This document shows positions 1 through 8,860 of a stretch of 64,000 nt of DNA, in pieces (the first letter of the stretch is position 1; each line of letters opens with the position of its first letter). This stretch comes from an uncultured Candidatus Saccharibacteria bacterium (GTDB taxonomy: Bacteria > Patescibacteriota > Minisyncoccia > Phycocordibacterales > JAKAEA01). The stretch is taken from positions 881 to 64,880 of the forward strand of contig CAZFND010000003.1 in assembly GCA_964520645.1 (NCBI GenBank), read 5' to 3'. A program made the translations under genes and the position numbers. Below the pieces are notes generated by a model, which searched no databases, had not been told where the DNA came from, and was given only the letters and a program-made list of their open reading frames with translations.

Positions 1-566
1 GGAGTACTGGTACCTACTGTTGTTGTTGCAGGGGGAGGAGGAATAGGATTACTTACTGATCCACCACCACCGCTGCCGCTACTAGAAACGCTACCTCCAG
101 CTCCACCACTGTATACAATTGTTGGAGTAGAAGAAGCTGTAGTTGGAGTGCCGTGAAGTAAGATATAAAGTAATTTTTGACGTGTTTTAAGAGCAACTAC
201 TCCAGTACCACGGGTGAGCTGAAGTGGTGTAAGAATATCAGCACGATATTTTTCCTGAAATTTAATAACTGCTTTTTCTGTGAGCCTTCCGTAATATGTT
301 GTTTCGTGCCCGGCAGATCCTACACCAAATAAAGCAATACGTGTATCAGGATCTTTATTTAAAAGTTTTTGGAGAGCAAGAACATCTTGACCTTTGCTTC
401 CATACCGAAGTGTTCGATTGATAAATGATGTTGTTGTACTTTGTGCTTGAATTTTTTCAACAAGAAAAGCAACACCAAATCCTTCAAGAAATAGAAATAC
501 AATAGCACCAATAACAAGACCAGTTTTTGATAACGCACTCAAATGTCGTTTGTGGAGAGATTTCAT
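1..566 (-). CDS. peptidoglycan-binding domain protein (5' part; C-terminus lies beyond window start)
   Basis: Minus-strand reading frame starting ATG at 564-566 (MKSLHKRHLSALSKTGLV..., N-terminal TM) runs to the window edge. Contains a PG_binding_1-like motif (GSKGQDVLALQKLL) and a Ser/Gly/Pro-rich tail. Absent from the ORF track, probably because it is edge-truncated. Confidence 0.4.
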   Translation of the reverse strand, partial: MKSLHKRHLSALSKTGLVIGAIVFLFLEGFGVAFLVEKIQAQSTTTSFINRTLRYGSKGQDVLALQKLLNKDPDTRIALFGVGSAGHETTYYGRLTEKAVIKFQEKYRADILTPLQLTRGTGVVALKTRQKLLYILLHGTPTTASSTPTIVYSGGAGGSVSSSGSGGGGSVSNPIPPPPATTTVGTST

Positions 567-568
567 GA

Positions 569-1357
569 TTAGTAGTAAGTATCAATATTTGCTAAGTGTT
601 CTTGGTATGAACGTGCAGTGTGAATACGGCCATTTTCGTCATGAATATAAAACAGGATATCAGACTTGGGAGGATTAAGTGCAGCCCAGATTGCATCTTC
701 ACTTGGACTTGAAATAGCCGTAGGTGGAAATCCTTTATAAAGATATGTATTGTATGGAGAATCAATCTTCAAATCAGATGACAATACACGTGGCCACCAG
801 CGAGTGCTTGTGCCCTTAACATATTGTATTGTTGCATCCATTTGAAGTGGCATACCTTGAAATATTCTATTCCAAATCACGGCAGAAATGATTTTCATAT
901 CACTTTTACTTCCTGCCTCACGTTGAATAATAGAAGCAATTTTTATTGCTGTATCAAGATTGATAATATTTTTATCCAGTCGTGGATTGTTGAGAATTCT
1001 TTGATTAAAATTATCTATAATTTTTCTGTTTGCTTCGTCTGGTGAGCCGTCGATAGAAATAACATAGTTGTCAGGAAAGAAATATCCTTCTTCAGTAGAA
1101 GTTTCTCGCTCATGCGCATCAAGAAAATATTGTCGTTCTGCTGGGGTCCAGTTCAAAAGTTTTGCAAAGCGATCAGCAACTTCTTCTTTGCGCATGCCTG
1201 GCTCAAGACGTACGATAACCACCGAAGGAGTGGCAAAATTTCTATATGCATCCCAGATATTTTTCCCTGGATGGGTAATCTGCCAATAACTAAATCCAGC
1301 TTCAGCGGCAATAAGGAGAAAGAGAAGAATAACAATAATTGTCTTCTTTAGATTCAT
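569..1357 (-). CDS. mltG: endolytic murein transglycosylase MltG (YceG-like)
   Basis: N-terminal TM anchor followed by a YceG/MltG-like domain (…IISAVIWNRI…, QMDATIQY). Start moved to MNLKK (ATG 1355-1357) inside the longer track ORF. Confidence 0.7.
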   Translation of the reverse strand: MNLKKTIIVILLFLLIAAEAGFSYWQITHPGKNIWDAYRNFATPSVVIVRLEPGMRKEEVADRFAKLLNWTPAERQYFLDAHERETSTEEGYFFPDNYVISIDGSPDEANRKIIDNFNQRILNNPRLDKNIINLDTAIKIASIIQREAGSKSDMKIISAVIWNRIFQGMPLQMDATIQYVKGTSTRWWPRVLSSDLKIDSPYNTYLYKGFPPTAISSPSEDAIWAALNPPKSDILFYIHDENGRIHTARSYQEHLANIDTYY

Positions 1358-1422
1358 ACTTATATAGTATACAACAACTTGATTAATAATGTATAAGGAA
1401 ATTTTTTGTATGTGAATACGTC

Positions 1423-1800
1423 TTGTATGGTATGTCACCCTATGAACTTTTTAAGAAAGAAAAAACACTCGTACAGCAGGCGGCTCAAAGTGAACAGGGG
1501 GAAATTATTCTCCGTAAACATATATATCCTCTTATAGAAAGCATTTCACTCTATTATTCGGCTCACTATAATGTTCCGTACAAAGAACTCATTCCAATAG
1601 GATGGACTCATTTTGAGTATGCATTAATAAATTATCGTAAAAGATTGCGAAAAATGAATGTACGAAATTTTCCACGGCGAGAAATGTATAGTTTCGGGTT
1701 ATATTTTGTGTGGTATATTCAGCAAAGTATTGAAACATACTTAGGAATATCAAAACGGCCGCTCATAGGAATCGTGCCCAAAAAATCATCACACAAATAA
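1423..1800 (+). pseudogene. sigma-70 family fragment (region 1.2/2 only), likely truncated remnant
   Basis: MYSFGLYFVWYIQQSIETYL resembles sigma-70 region 2 (FSTYATWWIRQAI…). Regions 3 and 4 are absent. The stop codon abuts the convergent trxB stop with 0 nt gap. Confidence 0.4.
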
Positions 1801-2724
1801 TTACTTGTGTTTGTGAAGGTAGAGATAAATATCTTCAAGTGCTTTTACAGCATCTCCTGCAGCGATGTTGTTTTGATGAAAAAGTCCATCAGTACAATCA
1901 CCAGCTGCCCAAATACCATCTGCTGATGTGCGTTGTGTACGAGGATCTACAATAATATGATTCCATTGATCAACGTTTACTAATTCTTTAAGAAAATCAG
2001 TGTTGGGAATAGAACCTATTTCGACAAATATACCTGAAACAGGCAGTGTGATAGTTGTATCTGAATTTTTTTCTTTGTATACGAGACCATTTACAAATTT
2101 ATCACCTTTTACTTCTACAATATCAGTATTTTTGATAGCTTTAAATTTTGGATCCTTGAGAGTTTTTTCTACGGTTATCGGATCAGCTTTGAAATCTGTG
2201 CGTGCTAGTAATGTTACTGATTTACAATAGGCTAATAGCTGAGCTGCTGTATCAAATGCAGCATTTCCTCCTCCTACAACGGCAACATCCATATCTGCAA
2301 AAAGGGGACCATCACAACTAGCACAGTAGGTAAGGCCTTTATTATCAAATTCTTGTGCTCCTGGGACATCGAGAGCTCGGCGGCGGCTTCCTGCAGTCAT
2401 AAGAACAGTACGAGCTGTGTATGTTGCATTATCAGTAGTAACTTCAAATTCAGAACCTACTTTTTTTACATGAGTTACATATTCTCCAGTTTTAACATCA
2501 ACACTTTCACCAGCGTAGGCCATAAGATGAGCTTCTAAGCTTTTTGCAAAATTTTCTCCCGTGATAGAAATAGTTCCAATCCAATTTTGGATATCAAGGG
2601 AGACAGTACTCTGACTCAAGAAATCTTTAGTGATAAAAACAGTTTTTAATCGTTTGCGAGCAGCATATACACCAGCTGCTACTCCAGCGGGGCCACCTCC
2701 AATAATTGCTAAGTCATAATTCAT
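1801..2724 (-). CDS. trxB: thioredoxin-disulfide reductase
   Basis: FAD motif GGGPAG at the N-terminus, redox-active CASCDG, and NAD(P) motif GGGNAA. Confidence 0.85.
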   Translation of the reverse strand: MNYDLAIIGGGPAGVAAGVYAARKRLKTVFITKDFLSQSTVSLDIQNWIGTISITGENFAKSLEAHLMAYAGESVDVKTGEYVTHVKKVGSEFEVTTDNATYTARTVLMTAGSRRRALDVPGAQEFDNKGLTYCASCDGPLFADMDVAVVGGGNAAFDTAAQLLAYCKSVTLLARTDFKADPITVEKTLKDPKFKAIKNTDIVEVKGDKFVNGLVYKEKNSDTTITLPVSGIFVEIGSIPNTDFLKELVNVDQWNHIIVDPRTQRTSADGIWAAGDCTDGLFHQNNIAAGDAVKALEDIYLYLHKHK

Positions 2725-2791
2725 AGTTGTACTAGTATATCAGAACTTTTATTGCTACCAAAACCCCTCTTTTTTAAAGAGGGGTAATGTT

Positions 2792-4000
2792 TTATTTTAT
2801 TTTAGATCTTCGCAAGAATGCTGGAATTGCTCCCCAGTCATCATCGTCATTTGATTCTTTTTTCTCATCTACAGGCTTGGCTGTAGAATCCTTAGGAGCA
2901 GGATTGATAGGATTTGGAGTAATTGTATTATAAATGCGTCCTCGTTCTGCTGGTTTCTCGTATTTGGGTTCTACGCGCTCTACAACCGGCTGTGGACGTT
3001 CTATAACTGGTTCGTCAGCTTGGTATGTTGTTCGTTTTCCAAGAGCTTCGGGGAAACCTGATGCGATTACGGTAACTTTGATTTCATTCTTCTTGAGCTT
3101 ATCATCGCGTACTGTACCGAAGATAACTTTTGCATTTGGATCAACAGATTCGGTAATGATTTTTGCCGCATCTTGGATTTCAAACATAGTAAGGTCATCA
3201 CCACCGGCAATAGAAAAGAGTACACCCTTTGCTCCATGAATAGAAAGATCGAGAAGTGGTGAATTGATTGCAGCTTTTGCTGCTTCTTCTGCACGCTTTT
3301 CTCCACTTGCTAGACCGATTCCCATGAGTGCAGATCCCGCATCATCAAGAATTGCTCTAATATCGGCAAAGTCTACGTTGATAACTCCAGGAGTTGTAAT
3401 AAGATCAGAAATACCTTCTACTGCTTGTTTAAGGATTTCATCACACATCATGAAGGCTTGCTTTGCAGTTGTATCTTTGCTGATCGTGTTAAGAATTCTG
3501 TCGTTTGGAATAATGATGATAGCGTCTACAGTTTTTCGAAGTTCTTCGATACCTTGTTCTGCAAATCGCATTCGTTGATTGCCTTCAAAGAAAAAGGGCT
3601 TTGTAACTACTCCAACAGTAAGTGCTCCAATTTCTTTTGCCACTTTTGCAACAATGGGTGCTGCACCTGTAGCAGTTCCTCCACCCATTCCACCAGCCAA
3701 GAAAATCATATCAGCACCTTTTAGTGCTTCTTGGATTTCTTCTTTAGTTTCTTCTGCAGCACGTTTGCCAAGCTCAGGATTCATTCCTGCTCCAAGTCCT
3801 CGAGTTACATTTTTTCCAATATGGATTTTTTTCTTTGCGAGTGAGTGATGAAGATCTTGTGCATCAGTGTTTACGGCAATAAACTCAACGCCCTTAACTT
3901 TAGAATTAACCATATGGTTAACGGCATTTTTACCAGATCCTCCCACGCCAACAACCTTTATTCGGGCAAATGTTTCTACTTCTGTTTTGACTTGTGGCAT
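2792..4000 (-). CDS. ftsZ: cell division GTPase FtsZ
   Basis: Tubulin signature GGGTATG and GVGGSGKNAVNHM; acidic C-terminal tail. Confidence 0.9.
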   Translation of the reverse strand: MPQVKTEVETFARIKVVGVGGSGKNAVNHMVNSKVKGVEFIAVNTDAQDLHHSLAKKKIHIGKNVTRGLGAGMNPELGKRAAEETKEEIQEALKGADMIFLAGGMGGGTATGAAPIVAKVAKEIGALTVGVVTKPFFFEGNQRMRFAEQGIEELRKTVDAIIIIPNDRILNTISKDTTAKQAFMMCDEILKQAVEGISDLITTPGVINVDFADIRAILDDAGSALMGIGLASGEKRAEEAAKAAINSPLLDLSIHGAKGVLFSIAGGDDLTMFEIQDAAKIITESVDPNAKVIFGTVRDDKLKKNEIKVTVIASGFPEALGKRTTYQADEPVIERPQPVVERVEPKYEKPAERGRIYNTITPNPINPAPKDSTAKPVDEKKESNDDDDWGAIPAFLRRSKIK

Positions 4001-4120
4001 ATGTATGTTTCTTGCTGATTAGTCGTTAGTTACACAATAATACTATACCTCTTTCTAAAAGGAAAACAGTTGATCTTATCAGGTATATATGCTCCAATGT
4101 TGCTAAAAAATAAGGAAAAT

Positions 4121-5296
4121 TTATGGTAAGAATTGTTTAATCCATGCCAAAATATTAGTTTTTGTTTTTTGTGCAATTTTAACTCCTATAGAAGGTTCCT
4201 CTCCTTGAGTAAATCCAAGAATACAAAGACCGTATGCAACAGCCCATGTAGGATTTTTGAGTCCACGTCCATCTCCGCTAAAATGTGTATCACCAATTTT
4301 TGCAGGAAGCTTTAATGATGATCGCGCCACATCTTCTATGTTAGAAATAGATGCACCTCCTCCAGTCATAATAATCCCAGCAGGTAATAATCCGTTTCGT
4401 CCAATCTTTTTTAGATGTGATTCAATGAGTTCAAAAATATCCGAGAGTCGTGCTTCAACAATTTCTTCTAATTTCTTTTTTGAATATGATGCATCTATAT
4501 GTGAGCCCGTTTTTAAAAGTTCTGCTTCTTCAAGAGAAATTTTTAAGCCAAGTGCAATGTCGTGAGTTACATCGATTGATCCAATGGGGAAGACTTCGAG
4601 TGAAATTGGAATATTATTTTCAAAGACAACAATTGAAACTGTTTCTGCTCCAATATTTGCCAAGACACAGCCAGCGATTTTTTGTGTTTTTGTAAGGGCA
4701 ACGAGGCTTGCTGCCAATGGTCCGGCCATGACATCCTCTACTTCAATACCAGCATCTCCCAACACTTGAATGAGATCTGTTAAATGTTGATCAAGACAGG
4801 TAATAAAAAGGGTACGAGCTTCAAGCTTCATTCCTTTCATTCCTTGAGGACGACCGAGTACAGTGCGTCCGTCTATTTTGTAAGAAATCGGAATAGAATG
4901 AATTACTTTTCTATTGATTGCAAAAGATGAAGGAAGTTCATTTTCACATGCTTCAAGTGTCTTTTTTACATCAAGGTCAGTAATTTCGGAATCTCCGCGA
5001 GAAACAATAACTGAACCTTGGCATACTGTACCGGTAAGTCCTAGGCCAGCGATAGAAATAAAAGCTTTTTTGATATCAACACCAGCTGTTTTTTCTGCTT
5101 GGCGGACTGCAGCTTTGACACTGCGCACTGCATCTGCATAGCTAATAACATATCCATGGCGAAGTCCTTTTGATTCTGATGAGCCGGTGCCAATGATTTT
5201 TGGGAATGGTTTATCTTTACCATGTACGAGTTCGGCCACCACCACCTTTACGTGATGCGTTCCAACATCTATTCCCACTGTAATATTACGAGCCAC
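4121..5296 (-). CDS. ftsA: cell division protein FtsA
   Basis: Actin-fold ATPase N-terminus (VGIDVGTHHVKVVVAE); lies immediately upstream of ftsZ. Confidence 0.85.
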   Translation of the reverse strand: MARNITVGIDVGTHHVKVVVAELVHGKDKPFPKIIGTGSSESKGLRHGYVISYADAVRSVKAAVRQAEKTAGVDIKKAFISIAGLGLTGTVCQGSVIVSRGDSEITDLDVKKTLEACENELPSSFAINRKVIHSIPISYKIDGRTVLGRPQGMKGMKLEARTLFITCLDQHLTDLIQVLGDAGIEVEDVMAGPLAASLVALTKTQKIAGCVLANIGAETVSIVVFENNIPISLEVFPIGSIDVTHDIALGLKISLEEAELLKTGSHIDASYSKKKLEEIVEARLSDIFELIESHLKKIGRNGLLPAGIIMTGGGASISNIEDVARSSLKLPAKIGDTHFSGDGRGLKNPTWAVAYGLCILGFTQGEEPSIGVKIAQKTKTNILAWIKQFLP

Positions 5297-5362
5297 TCTT
5301 ATAATGTTATGTTAATTTTTAACATTATAACACAGTGCCTAATTTGTGTTTTGCACAGGTAG

Positions 5363-5746
5363 CTAAATTTTAAATTTTTCTCGAATTTTTACTTCCTTTT
5401 GTTCCATTTCTTCACCGTGATCGAGGCCCGTGAGGTGCACAAGTCCATGTACAAATAAAAATGCAATATAATTTTCGTATGTTCGTTCAAAAAGATGTGC
5501 TTCTTTTTCTGAATATGATAAGCAAATAAAAATTTCTCCAGAAGACTCATCAAGAGGGAAGCTTAAAATATTTGTAGGTTTATCTTTTTGTCGGGTTTTG
5601 AGATTAAGCTCATGCATTTCTTTTTCATCGAGAAATACAAGGCTGAGTTCATAATCCTCACCTAAAGCGAAGTTTTTGATATCACGAAAAGGCAAGCTGG
5701 GAAGCTTGCCTTTAGTTTTATTGAGAATTTCGAATGCGTCCTGCAT
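5363..5746 (-). CDS. ybeY: rRNA maturation endoribonuclease YbeY
   Basis: HGLVHLTGLDHGEE metal-binding H3 motif. Its ATG overlaps the rpsU stop as TAATG, suggesting translational coupling. Confidence 0.8.
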   Translation of the reverse strand: MQDAFEILNKTKGKLPSLPFRDIKNFALGEDYELSLVFLDEKEMHELNLKTRQKDKPTNILSFPLDESSGEIFICLSYSEKEAHLFERTYENYIAFLFVHGLVHLTGLDHGEEMEQKEVKIREKFKI

Positions 5747-5985
5747 TATCTTCGAACGTATGCTTCCTGAGCTTTTCCAAGCTTCACTTGAAGTTCGTGT
5801 TCTGTTCGTCTTCGAAGTGTTTTGAGGGTCTTCTTCTTTCGAACGTATCGTGATTCATCTCGTTTTGCATAGCGGAGAGAACGTACTCGCGTAAGAATTC
5901 CTGCTCCTTGAACTCGCTTGGTAAAGCGTTTTAGAACGTTTGTGGCGTTCTCATTAGTGTTTTTCTGGACCTCTACATTTATCAT
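5746..5985 (-). CDS. rpsU: 30S ribosomal protein S21
   Basis: VLKRFTKRVQGAGILTRVR…YVRKKK follows the S21 pattern (RRFKR…AGVL…R); small basic protein. Confidence 0.7.
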   Translation of the reverse strand: MINVEVQKNTNENATNVLKRFTKRVQGAGILTRVRSLRYAKRDESRYVRKKKTLKTLRRRTEHELQVKLGKAQEAYVRR

Positions 5986-6013
5986 AATAGATCAAAGGTT
6001 AACATATTAAGCT

Positions 6014-7201
6014 TTATTTGACAAGCTTCTTCAAGAAATCAGCTGCCTCGGTAATTCGTACGGTTTCTTGAGACCGATTGGTCATTTCTCGTATAAGAAC
6101 AGTGTTTTCCATACTCTCTTTTTGTCCCATAATGAGTATGTATGAGACGTTAAGATACTCAGCACTCGAAAGCTGGGTGGTAAGTTTGTCTTTTGTAAGG
6201 GAATGGTAAACCACAATTTTGGCTCTTCGTAATGTTTCAATGAATCCGAGACTCTTGAGCTTCGCCTCTCGACCCATTTGAATAAAGTAGAGCTCTGGCT
6301 TTTTAATCTTCTTTGTAGAGTTTGATGCTTTTGCGCTTTTAGAAAGGTAGAGTACCGCACTAATCCCAGGAACATCTTTTTTCAAACCGATTTTCTTCCC
6401 TAAATTTGCCCAACGGATACCATATGCAAGCAGTTGTGGATCTTGTTTCTCTTTTCCCTTTCCCCATATTTTGAAGATAGTATGAGATGCGAATCCTTCA
6501 TTATCTATTAAGCAACTATTGATAGAATAGGGAATATCACTCATTTCGAGAAGCTCTAATACTTCTTTAAAGTGAGTTCGGGATGATTCTGAAAGATAGT
6601 TCATTGGCTTTGGAGCGCGAGACTTAATTTCAGCACAGCCAGGATGATCACACGTGAGCGTAGCAAGAGCACTTTTCTTTAAAAGCTGTCGGCAATCAGC
6701 ATGAAGTTCACTCAGGTGCTTTTTAAAGTAGGTAGTAAGATCTCGAACACAACGATTCATTGAATCTTTGTCTCCAATACTATTTATTTCTACTGAGATT
6801 TCGTCATATCCTTCACTCTGTATGATTTCGTAACAGGTTTTTATGACGGTTGCATCGGCAATACTTTTTCCGGTGCCGATAATATCAAGAGAGAGTTGAA
6901 TCTTATCTTTCTTTTTTTCACTTGAAGTAAGCTTGTTTTCATTCATCATCATAAGAGGTACCTGAGAAGGCATTTTGGTGAAATAGGTACGAAGAAGAGC
7001 GATTTTTTCTTCGGGATGAATGTGATGTTGATCTATTGGATTATCAAGAAAAGCCTTGGCATGATCATGATCAGCCTTTTCTATACTTACTGGTGAAGCA
7101 GGAGTAAATCCATAATAAAGACCGATTTCAAATGCTTTGTGAGTTTCGGGATATGTCCAATACTGTTCGTTCTTATCTTTATTCTTTTGTTTTTTTGTCA
7201 T
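6014..7201 (-). CDS. histidyl-tRNA-synthetase-like protein (divergent; canonical class II motifs not recognisable)
   Basis: The middle and C-terminal parts align by eye with HisRS (VEINSIGD ~ LELNSIGS; RTHFKEVLELLEMSDIPYSIN ~ [21 protein letters not shown]; C-terminal anticodon-binding-like ILIMGQKE…VLIREM). The N-terminal third, motif 2 (FRxE…QF) and the GGRYDGL block are not conserved. Start reassigned to MTKKQ (7199-7201). Confidence 0.55.
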   Translation of the reverse strand: MTKKQKNKDKNEQYWTYPETHKAFEIGLYYGFTPASPVSIEKADHDHAKAFLDNPIDQHHIHPEEKIALLRTYFTKMPSQVPLMMMNENKLTSSEKKKDKIQLSLDIIGTGKSIADATVIKTCYEIIQSEGYDEISVEINSIGDKDSMNRCVRDLTTYFKKHLSELHADCRQLLKKSALATLTCDHPGCAEIKSRAPKPMNYLSESSRTHFKEVLELLEMSDIPYSINSCLIDNEGFASHTIFKIWGKGKEKQDPQLLAYGIRWANLGKKIGLKKDVPGISAVLYLSKSAKASNSTKKIKKPELYFIQMGREAKLKSLGFIETLRRAKIVVYHSLTKDKLTTQLSSAEYLNVSYILIMGQKESMENTVLIREMTNRSQETVRITEAADFLKKLVK

Positions 7202-7205
7202 GATC

Positions 7206-7769
7206 TTACTTCGATTCTCTGAATGTACCAGGATGAACTGAAATCTTCTGGAATGGGAACAGTCGAATGAGAGGAGTACCAATAATTAAATTTCGTGGAA
7301 GTGTACCCCAAACTCGAGAGTCTGAACTTTGACGGCGATTATCTCCCATTACAAAGTAGTCTGTATCTTTGAGGGTGACTTTAATATTGTCTTCTTTTTC
7401 ATTTACTTCACTTATGTATGGCTCATCAAGCGTAAAGCCATTTGGATATGTCTTATTCTTTATCGTGACAGTTGTACCGTTGATTTCTACTGATTCTCCA
7501 GGAAGGCCAATGATTCTTTTAATAAAATATTTACTTGGATCTTTAGGATATTTGAAAATAACGACTTGGCCACGTTCTGGTTCCCCGATTCTATAACTTA
7601 ACTGATCAACGATGAGATATTCGCCCGTTTCAAATGTGGGATCCATTGATGCACCACTGACAATGAATGGTTGAGCTACAAAAAATCTAATAGGGAGTAC
7701 AACTATGAATGCAAGAATTCCAAATTTTATAAGATCTTTAAAAAAATGTTCTTTCTTTTCTTCATTCAT
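7206..7769 (-). CDS. lepB: signal peptidase I
   Basis: SGASMDPTF (Ser box) …GDNRRQSSDSRVWG (box E); N-terminal TM. Confidence 0.85.
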   Translation of the reverse strand: MNEEKKEHFFKDLIKFGILAFIVVLPIRFFVAQPFIVSGASMDPTFETGEYLIVDQLSYRIGEPERGQVVIFKYPKDPSKYFIKRIIGLPGESVEINGTTVTIKNKTYPNGFTLDEPYISEVNEKEDNIKVTLKDTDYFVMGDNRRQSSDSRVWGTLPRNLIIGTPLIRLFPFQKISVHPGTFRESK

Positions 7770-7860
7770 AGAGGTTATTGGACAATTTTAATACATGTAG
7801 CTGTTTGACACAAGATCTCCTTCAATGACACAATGAATTTACGTTAAAAAAATAAATCAC

Positions 7861-8469
7861 ATGGCATTCATTATTGCTGGTTTGGGTAATCCTGATCAAG
7901 AATACATTCATACACGACACAATACAGGACGGATTATCTTGAAAGATGTTGCAAAAAAGTTTTCATTTTCAGAATTTGAAGATAATTCAAAAATCAAAGC
8001 TCTTATTTCAGAAGGAAAAATTGGAAAAGAGAAGGTTGTTCTTCTTGAACCCAACAATTTCATGAATAATTCAGGTTTTAGTATTGCAAAATTTCTTGGA
8101 GCAAAAATTCCAAGCAAAAAAGGCTTTCCCAATGTCATTGTAATTTATGACGACTTGGATCTACCACTCGGCAAAATAAAAATATCATATAATAAAAGTT
8201 CTGGTGGTCATCGAGGACTAGAATCTATTATCAAAGCACTTAAGACTCAAGAATTTGTGCGCATTAGAGTTGGTATTTCACCTGTTACTCCAGCTGGTAA
8301 GCTCAAGAAGCCGATGGGTGAAGCTGCTGTTGAAAAGCATATTTTGGGGGAATTCAAACCTACAGAATTAGAATTACTTTCAAAAACTGCAGATTCAGTC
8401 TCAGGAATTATAGAAACTATTATTACAGAAGGTAGAGAACGAGCTATAAGTACGTTTGTGAATAAGTAG
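7861..8469 (+). CDS. pth: peptidyl-tRNA hydrolase
   Basis: N-terminal GLGNPDQEY…HTRHNTG and NNSG motif typical of Pth. Confidence 0.85.
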   Translation: MAFIIAGLGNPDQEYIHTRHNTGRIILKDVAKKFSFSEFEDNSKIKALISEGKIGKEKVVLLEPNNFMNNSGFSIAKFLGAKIPSKKGFPNVIVIYDDLDLPLGKIKISYNKSSGGHRGLESIIKALKTQEFVRIRVGISPVTPAGKLKKPMGEAAVEKHILGEFKPTELELLSKTADSVSGIIETIITEGRERAISTFVNK

Positions 8470-8561
8470 CTAGACTTTTCTATTACGTGTGTTTCACTAT
8501 AGATAGTGTGTGTTTGTTCACCCGCTTTTGCCTACAAGGAGGCAGAAATAAGGAGGAGAAA

Positions 8562-8780
8562 ATGCAATCAGATACATGGGTCCATTGGTTCCTGTGGCAC
8601 ATTCCCTTCTGGGGAATTAGGTTGAGTTGGGCAATTGCTGCCTATTTGCTGTTTACAGCATTGGTTATGTATTTGCCAATCCTCACAACTTCTGTGCTTG
8701 CATGGATCGGTGGAGGTCTCATTTGTGTATGTATACTATCCTATTTAATAGGAGTAAGACTTTCTAACGAAGGAGAATAA
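8562..8780 (+). CDS. small membrane protein (hypothetical)
   Basis: About 72 aa with two hydrophobic helices. Strong AGGAGG box at 8551-8556, 6 nt upstream of the ATG at 8562; followed by an intrinsic terminator. Confidence 0.4.
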   Translation: MQSDTWVHWFLWHIPFWGIRLSWAIAAYLLFTALVMYLPILTTSVLAWIGGGLICVCILSYLIGVRLSNEGE

Positions 8781-8795
8781 ATTCTGTTCAAAACA

Positions 8796-8836
8796 AAAAC
8801 CCGTTTCTGGAGGGGAGCCAGCCGGGTTTTTATTTT
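8796..8836. terminator. bidirectional rho-independent terminator
   Basis: aaaaacccg…(ctgg/ccag)…cgggttttt stem-loop with an A-run on the 5' side and a T-run on the 3' side. Sits between convergent genes (small membrane protein + / rpsA -). Confidence 0.6.
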
Positions 8837-8860
8837 TCTCAATTTATAATTTTTTAGAAA

